NCBI GenBank assembly: GCA_018971365.1
Contig: JAGXAZ010000002.1
Span: forward strand, 1 to 42,349
DNA from: Gammaproteobacteria bacterium
GTDB lineage: Bacteria > Pseudomonadota > Gammaproteobacteria > Natronospirales > REEB76
Length of the DNA stretch: 42,349 nt
Direction: 5' to 3'
A program made the position numbers and the translations under genes. How positions within the stretch are numbered: the first letter of the stretch is position 1; each line of letters starts with the position of its first letter. The notes below the pieces were generated by a model. It saw only the letters and a program-made list of their open reading frames with translations. It searched no databases and had not been told where the DNA came from. Of this stretch, positions 42,271 through 42,349 are shown piece after piece.

Positions 42271-42349
42271 ATGCGCTGCAATCTGACACCGCTGCCCGCA
42301 CTGCGCGACAACTACATCTGGCTGCTGGCCGGCGAGCAGACGGCCGTGG
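42271..42349 (+). CDS. gloB: Hydroxyacylglutathione hydrolase (glyoxalase II) GloB, first 26 codons only; continues beyond the right edge
   Basis: Not in the ORF track (no stop in the window). The ATG at 42271 gives MRCNLTPLPALRDNYIWLLAGEQTAV, the typical GloB N-terminus (..IPAF.DNYIW.L). Divergent from the methyltransferase. Confidence 0.7.
   Translation, partial: MRCNLTPLPALRDNYIWLLAGEQTAV

Noticed and set aside
1-42349. CRISPR arrays, integrases/transposases/IS ends, toxin-antitoxin pairs, restriction-modification or other defence modules, prophage or secondary-metabolite genes.
   Set aside because: No short regularly spaced repeats and no ORF with the corresponding motifs were seen anywhere in the window. 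The only repeats are the PAP2 segment pair, one REP-like palindrome and a few 11-12-nt direct repeats in leaders.

Overview
GC-rich proteobacterial chromosomal window; synteny looks gamma/beta-proteobacterial (gloB <> methyltransferase-rnhA-dnaQ, nhaB, gltX-tRNA, metF-metH). The left 12 kb is on the + strand. It holds a truncated outer-membrane efflux gene at the edge (- strand), an OmpR-type two-component system (RR1-HK1) coupled to a truncated PAP2 phosphatase gene, then a second CusRS-like system (RR2-HK2) co-directional with an OMF-MFP-RND efflux operon and a full-length PAP2 gene. From 12.1 to 42.2 kb every gene I accept is on the - strand: a Pho-box-controlled porin-pstS pair, an FtsX-type ABC permease whose ATPase partner looks decayed, a TonB-dependent receptor with a small CxxCH membrane protein, an outer-membrane barrel, mgtA with a long leader, a secreted M16 peptidase, a small highly charged secreted protein, metF-metH, dedA, kup, tRNA-Glu, tRNA-Ala, gltX, a Kch-type K+ channel, a barrel-like protein, nhaB, dnaQ, rnhA and a methyltransferase. 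gloB starts at the right edge (+). I found no CRISPR array, integrase, transposase, or recognisable defence or biosynthetic cluster, and no convincing new multi-gene system. The most unusual structure is the 8-kb TCS/RND module bracketed by 315-bp direct repeats of a PAP2 gene segment that differ only by synonymous changes. Secondary leads are the mgtA leader with an upstream ORF, a metF leader hairpin, a decayed ABC ATPase, a REP-like palindrome translated into a predicted N-terminus, and the small secreted repeat protein. All homology calls come from reading the translations and from memory of family motifs; no searches were run.
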